Shown here: positions 59,980 through 64,000 of the stretch, in pieces | Numbering within the stretch: the stretch's first letter is position 1 | Layout: every line of letters starts with the position of its first letter | Assembly: GCA_018062815.1 (NCBI GenBank) | Contig: JAGORM010000001.1 | Span: forward strand, 87,029 to 151,028 | Reading direction: 5' to 3' | Source of the DNA: Candidatus Levyibacteriota bacterium | GTDB lineage: Bacteria; Patescibacteriota; Microgenomatia; Levybacterales; GWA1-39-11 | DNA: 64,000 nt | The notes under the pieces: generated by a model | What the model saw: the letters and a program-made list of their open reading frames with translations, nothing else | The model's database searches: none | Told to the model about the DNA's origin: nothing | Translations under genes and position numbers: made by a program

Positions 59980-62130
59980 ATGGCAAGAAAGAGAAAATAT
60001 AGCAAAAGAAGAAGGGGAAGTAGGTCAAGAAAAGGTGGGCTTCGTGCTAGCACAGTTTATCTTCTATTTTCACTTTCATTAGTTGCTCTATCAGGCGTAT
60101 TATTTTTTTCTTTTATAGATAATTCAGGAACACTTGCGGATATTAATAGATACTTAGTTGGTTATTTTGGATTTTTTTCCCTCCTTATTCCCATAAATCT
60201 TTTACTTATTGCTGGAGTTTTTAGTAAAGTAAAAGCAATTTCAAGGCTAAACATCGCAGCTGGATTTTTTCTTTTTACAATATGTCTTCTGGCGCTTTTA
60301 CAAAGCGGACTTGTGGGGCAAGAATTATTTTTACAACTAGCAATGCTTTTAGGAAGCGCACTTGCATACCTAGTTTTTATAGTTGGAGTTCTTATTGGAA
60401 TTATTGTATTGTTTAATCTTTCAGTACCTCAGTTACTTCAAATAATTGTGGATGTGGCAAGTAGCGGGGCACGTGCTGTTTCAGAAAAAATAATTCCTTT
60501 ATTGAAAACAAGAAGAAACATAGACAATATGAAGGCAATCAAAATTCAAGGAATGAAGGACGTGCCACAACCAGTACCTCCTTCTCCTGCGACCGGAGTG
60601 AAGCAGCCCGTAGCCTTAAAAAAGGAAGGGGAAGCTGTTGATGAATTAGTTCTCAATAAGCCGTTGGAGTTAGGTATGTGGGAGTATCCTCCGTTATCAC
60701 TACTTTCTGATCATCACAGTAAGGCAGAGCGTGGAGATGTAAAAAAAATAGCCGCAACCATAGAAAGAACTCTTCAAAGCTTTGGAATTCAGTCAAAAAT
60801 TGTTGAAATAAACGTAGGTCCGTCAGTTACTCAATATGCAATTGAGATTGCTTCAGGAACTAAACTTTCAAAAATTACGGGTCTTGCAAACGATCTAGCG
60901 CTTGCAACGGAAGCACCTACTGGCCAAGTAAGAATAGAAGCACCAATTCCTGGTAGAAGTCTGGTTGGCATAGAGGTTCCGAATAGGTCATTAGAGCTTG
61001 TTGGTCTCAAGACTATACTTTCATCTCAGGTGATGCAGAAGGCCAAGTCAAAGCTCTCAGTTCCTTTAGGACTAGATGTATCAGGAAATCCAATCATCGC
61101 GGATATCGCAAAGATGCCGCATGTGCTTATAGCAGGAACCACTGGTTCGGGTAAGTCTGTACTCATTAATGCATGGGTTTCTTCGTTGTTGTTTAGGGCA
61201 AGTCCGTCGGAAGTAAAATTTATAATGATCGACCCTAAAAGAGTTGAGTTAACTGGATATAATAATATTCCGCATCTGTTGGTTCCCGTAGTTGTTGAAG
61301 CTGCTCAGTCTGTTTCTGCTTTAAAGTGGGCACTAAAGGAGATGGACAGGAGATATATAAAGTTTGCAGAAAGTGGAGTAAAAAATATCGATTCATATAA
61401 TGAGTTAGCAGGGTTTCAAGCATTGCCTTATATTGTAATATTCATAGATGAGTTAGCAGATCTTATGGCGCTTGCGCCAGTAGAGGTAGAAGATTCCATA
61501 GCAAGATTGGCACAGATGGCTAGAGCCACTGGGATTCATCTTATTTTATCTACGCAAAGACCATCAGTTGATGTACTTACCGGATTAATTAAAGCAAATG
61601 TCCCGTCGCGCATCTCATTTTCAGTATCCTCAATGATAGATTCAAAAGTAATTATTGATACTCCTGGAGCGGAAAAATTATTGGGTAGGGGAGACATGTT
61701 ATACATACCTCCGGATCAGGCAAAACCTACTCGTATTCAAGGAGCATTTCTTTCAGAACAGGATGTAAAACGACTTACAAACTTCATTAAATCCAGGGGT
61801 GTTCCAGTTGAGTACACGACAGAAGTTGTAGAACAGCAAGTAAATATAAAGGGTAGGGCAGGCATAGGTGGACAACAGAATGTTGAATCTGCAGGAGACG
61901 GGAAAGACGAATTCTTCGAGCAGGCAGTAAGAATTGTTTGTCAGTATGATCGTGCATCTTCATCTTTATTGCAAAGAAAACTTCAAGTTGGATTTAATAG
62001 AGCCGCACGCATTTTAGAGCAATTGGAAGAGGCTGGTGTAGTTGGACCAGGAGACGGTAGTAAGCCGCGAGAGGTGTTAGTTACAGACCCTGATACGTTT
62101 TTGGCAAATGCCTCAGGACCACAACAGTAA
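59980..62130 (+). CDS. ftsK: DNA translocase FtsK/SpoIIIE
   Basis: Basic N-terminus, 4-5 TM helices, motor domain Walker A GTTGSGKS, C-terminal gamma winged helix (LLQRKLQVGFNRAARILEQLEEAGVVGP). ATG 59980 chosen over the track's TTG 59974. Confidence 0.93.
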   Translation: MARKRKYSKRRRGSRSRKGGLRASTVYLLFSLSLVALSGVLFFSFIDNSGTLADINRYLVGYFGFFSLLIPINLLLIAGVFSKVKAISRLNIAAGFFLFTICLLALLQSGLVGQELFLQLAMLLGSALAYLVFIVGVLIGIIVLFNLSVPQLLQIIVDVASSGARAVSEKIIPLLKTRRNIDNMKAIKIQGMKDVPQPVPPSPATGVKQPVALKKEGEAVDELVLNKPLELGMWEYPPLSLLSDHHSKAERGDVKKIAATIERTLQSFGIQSKIVEINVGPSVTQYAIEIASGTKLSKITGLANDLALATEAPTGQVRIEAPIPGRSLVGIEVPNRSLELVGLKTILSSQVMQKAKSKLSVPLGLDVSGNPIIADIAKMPHVLIAGTTGSGKSVLINAWVSSLLFRASPSEVKFIMIDPKRVELTGYNNIPHLLVPVVVEAAQSVSALKWALKEMDRRYIKFAESGVKNIDSYNELAGFQALPYIVIFIDELADLMALAPVEVEDSIARLAQMARATGIHLILSTQRPSVDVLTGLIKANVPSRISFSVSSMIDSKVIIDTPGAEKLLGRGDMLYIPPDQAKPTRIQGAFLSEQDVKRLTNFIKSRGVPVEYTTEVVEQQVNIKGRAGIGGQQNVESAGDGKDEFFEQAVRIVCQYDRASSSLLQRKLQVGFNRAARILEQLEEAGVVGPGDGSKPREVLVTDPDTFLANASGPQQ

Positions 62131-62150
62131 TCTATTTTAGAACTTCTATT

Positions 62151-62777
62151 ATGAGAAATATTAGCGATATCTTAAAAGAAGAAAGAGAGAGGAAGGGCTT
62201 ATCAGTTGAGGATGTTGTAAGTGCTACAAAAATTAGGAAAAGCTTTATCAACGCAATTGAAAAAGGTGAATTTCAACAACTTCCTTCAGAAACATATGCG
62301 CTTGGCTTTGTAAAAAACTATGCCCATTTTCTAGGCTTGTCAGAAGGTAGAGCAGCTGCTCTATATAGACGTGAACACGAAACCAAATATATTGAGATTA
62401 TGCCAAAATTCAGAAAAGGGAGCGTAGCTTCTGGTAGAAGAATTATGCTAAGGTCACCAAAGGGCTATTTAATTACAGCCATAGCAGTGGTTGTTATCAC
62501 TTATATCGTATACCAATTCAGTTTTATTTTTTTGGGACCAAAACTAAACATAATAACTCCAAAAAATAATCAGAGTGTTGTAAATGTCATTTCTGTTACG
62601 GGTAAAACTGATCCATATGCTACTGTTCTAGTAAATAATGAAGAAGTATATGTAGACTTATCTGGAAGCTTCAAAAAAAATATATATGTATATTCAGGAG
62701 ATTACAAAATAACAGTTATAGCAAAAAACAGATTCGGTAAAGAAACAAAAAAAGAGATTCCAATACAAGTGAAGTAG
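62151..62777 (+). CDS. RodZ-like cytoskeleton protein (N-terminal XRE-type HTH, single TM, C-terminal beta domain)
   Basis: HTH LSVEDVVSATKIRKSFINAIEKGEF, TM helix ITAIAVVVITYIVYQFSFIFLG, C-terminal domain. Position after ftsK. Confidence 0.6.
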   Translation: MRNISDILKEERERKGLSVEDVVSATKIRKSFINAIEKGEFQQLPSETYALGFVKNYAHFLGLSEGRAAALYRREHETKYIEIMPKFRKGSVASGRRIMLRSPKGYLITAIAVVVITYIVYQFSFIFLGPKLNIITPKNNQSVVNVISVTGKTDPYATVLVNNEEVYVDLSGSFKKNIYVYSGDYKITVIAKNRFGKETKKEIPIQVK

Positions 62778-62894
62778 TGCTTATAAGGAATAATATCTAA
62801 GTTGATTATACGTGCCTTCCTAGGGAATTGTTTAGTTTGAGCTATTTTAGCGTATTGATTTTGTAATTTTCACATGATACTCTGAATCACTGCC

Positions 62895-63158
62895 ATGATT
62901 GATACTGTCCAACTAGTTTTATTATTTGTAATTGTCTTGCTTGCGGTCTTGTTTGTTATACTTGGGATTCAGGTTTTTCTTATTCTCCGAGAATTAAGGA
63001 CCACGCTTGTTAAGACAAATAAAATTTTAGATGATGTAGATTCACTTACGGAGAGCGTATCAGAGCCATTATCGTTTATCTCAGGACTTCTCTTTTCCTC
63101 AAAAACATTTGCTACAATTGCAAGCTTCATGAGACGCAGCAAGGAAAAACATGAATAA
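62895..63158 (+). CDS. Hypothetical small membrane protein
   Basis: 87 aa, one N-terminal TM helix, 8-nt overlap with the downstream YtxH-like gene. Confidence 0.4.
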   Translation: MIDTVQLVLLFVIVLLAVLFVILGIQVFLILRELRTTLVKTNKILDDVDSLTESVSEPLSFISGLLFSSKTFATIASFMRRSKEKHE

Positions 63159-63486
63159 TTTACATCACGAAAAAAAAGGCGGAAACTTTTTTAATGGGTT
63201 TTTTTGGGGAGCCGTCTTGGGTGGCGGGTTTGCCTATCTTTTATCTACAAAAAAAGGGAGAGACCTTTTAAAGGACCTCATATCTGATGGGGTTGATATG
63301 TTGGATGGACTAACACAAGAACCGGAGGCAGCAGAGGAGGAGCATTACGCAGAAGAGCAAGAACCATTTGTTGCAGAAGCAAAAGAAGATGTGGATACGT
63401 CAATAACAACAGAAAAGCCGCATGTAAAGACGGAGGCTTCTTCTCAGCCTGTTAAGAAAAGATTTTTTAAGACAACAAAAAAATGA
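63151..63486 (+). CDS. YtxH-like protein (general-stress type, N-terminal TM plus charged helical region)
   Basis: GFFWGAVLGGGFAYLLSTKKGRDLLKDL matches the YtxH-family N-terminal motif. Confidence 0.55.
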   Translation: MNNLHHEKKGGNFFNGFFWGAVLGGGFAYLLSTKKGRDLLKDLISDGVDMLDGLTQEPEAAEEEHYAEEQEPFVAEAKEDVDTSITTEKPHVKTEASSQPVKKRFFKTTKK

Positions 63487-63566
63487 CACCAATTTGTATA
63501 TTCGCCGACGATATACTATAATACTAATTCTTCTGTGAGAAACTGACAGGAGAATATATAAAAAAC

Positions 63567-64000
63567 ATGGCTAAAAACGTTGTTGTTATCGGAGGCGGAA
63601 CAGGTATCTTCTCAGTTCTTACAGGTCTTAAAAAATACGGATATAATTTATCTGCTATTGTTTCAATGGCAGATGATGGTGGATCAACAGGAATACTCCG
63701 AGAAGAATTTGGAACTCTTCCTCCAGGTGATATTCGTCGCGCATTGGTTGCTCTTTCTGCGACCGATAACAAGATAGTCTCAGAGCTTTTTAACTATAGA
63801 TTCTCGGGAAAAGGATCTCTTGGTGGGCATAGTCTTGGGAATCTTTTATTGACTGCACTGGAGAAGATAACAGGTTCGTTTGATCAAGCCGTAAAAGAAG
63901 CAGTAAAGATTTTAAATGTTGAGGGTGGAGTTATTCCCGTAACGCTCCTTTCAACCTCACTCGTAGCTGAACTTGCAGATGGAACTGTAATTAAAGGGGA
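63567..64000 (+). CDS. YvcK/CofD-like (gluconeogenesis factor family) protein, 3'-truncated at window edge
   Basis: MAKNVVVIGGGTGIFSVLTGLK...MADDGGSTGILREEFGTLPPGDIRRALVALS are signature motifs of the family. Reading frame runs off the window end. Confidence 0.8.
   Translation, partial: MAKNVVVIGGGTGIFSVLTGLKKYGYNLSAIVSMADDGGSTGILREEFGTLPPGDIRRALVALSATDNKIVSELFNYRFSGKGSLGGHSLGNLLLTALEKITGSFDQAVKEAVKILNVEGGVIPVTLLSTSLVAELADGTVIKG

Noticed and set aside
63524-63777. Minus-strand 82-aa and plus-strand 65-aa ORFs
   Set aside because: Overlap the 5' part of the yvcK-like gene, which has unmistakable family motifs in the other frame.
1-64000. Search for tRNA/rRNA/tmRNA/RNase P/SRP RNA, CRISPR repeats, IS elements or integrases
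   Set aside because: By eye, no T-arm (GGTTCGA-like) cloverleaf candidates in intergenic regions, no RNase P or 4.5S conserved cores, no spaced direct repeats and no transposase/integrase-like ORFs. A proper tRNAscan or Infernal run could still find small RNAs I missed. The best unexplained non-coding stretch is 32344-32505.

Overview
The window is AT-rich, gene-dense bacterial DNA, read as the standard genetic code. No rRNA, tRNA, CRISPR array, transposase or integrase was recognisable by eye. Its character suggests a reduced-genome uncultivated lineage (CPR/Patescibacteria-like): a minimal 474-aa MetRS, a 493-aa IF-2, no ylxR/rbfA/truB around infB, and a standalone Lon AAA+ module. That placement is inference.

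Left to right, the window contains:
- A WecA-like transferase (5'-truncated) coupled to a DPPR-synthase-like UbiA prenyltransferase, then a PEGA/SH3b protein and hsp20.
- A complete de novo pyrimidine pathway in about 10 kb: pyrE-pyrF-(membrane)-metG on the minus strand, pyrD, and pyrB-carA-carB-pyrC with overlapping start/stop codons.
- A CIRCE-regulated hrcA-grpE-dnaK operon.
- The most unusual block, 17.9-28.6 kb. It holds a VirB2/TrbC-like two-helix pilin candidate, a VirB6/TrbL-like polytopic membrane protein, an M-domain-less ClpB-like Hsp100, a membrane-anchored S8 subtilase, a zinc-finger-less DnaJ, and a small polytopic membrane protein. It ends with a second M-domain-less Hsp100 paralog whose N-domain is replaced by TM helices and whose D1 Walker B reads QN instead of DE. 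No VirB4 or VirD4 ATPase is present.
- A 2-hydroxyacid dehydrogenase and two paralogous secreted proteins built from an NxxxTGxN...TGNAYS-type repeat.
- tgt-queA.
- An accessory-looking island at 35.5-41.7 kb: a Cas4/RecB-like 4-Cys PD-(D/E)XK nuclease, an AlkA-like glycosylase, a DUF2130-like coiled-coil protein, a deviant P-loop NTPase fused to an OmpR-type winged helix, a 54-aa sORF with a strong SD missed by the ORF track, a CAP/YkwD protein and an ArsR regulator.
- An efflux supercluster: an RND pump with adaptor, and a MacAB-like ABC pump with adaptor.
- nusA with a promoter plus leader terminator hairpin, short infB, a catalytically dead NrnA-like DHH protein, rpsO, pnp with an RGG-rich tail, a Lon-like AAA+ module with no protease domain, RNase J, ftsK, a RodZ-like protein, a YtxH-like protein and a partial yvcK-like gene.

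Note that the ORF track reports TTG/GTG starts as M. Several starts were therefore re-chosen: hsp20, pyrD, alkA, ftsK and the repeat protein.
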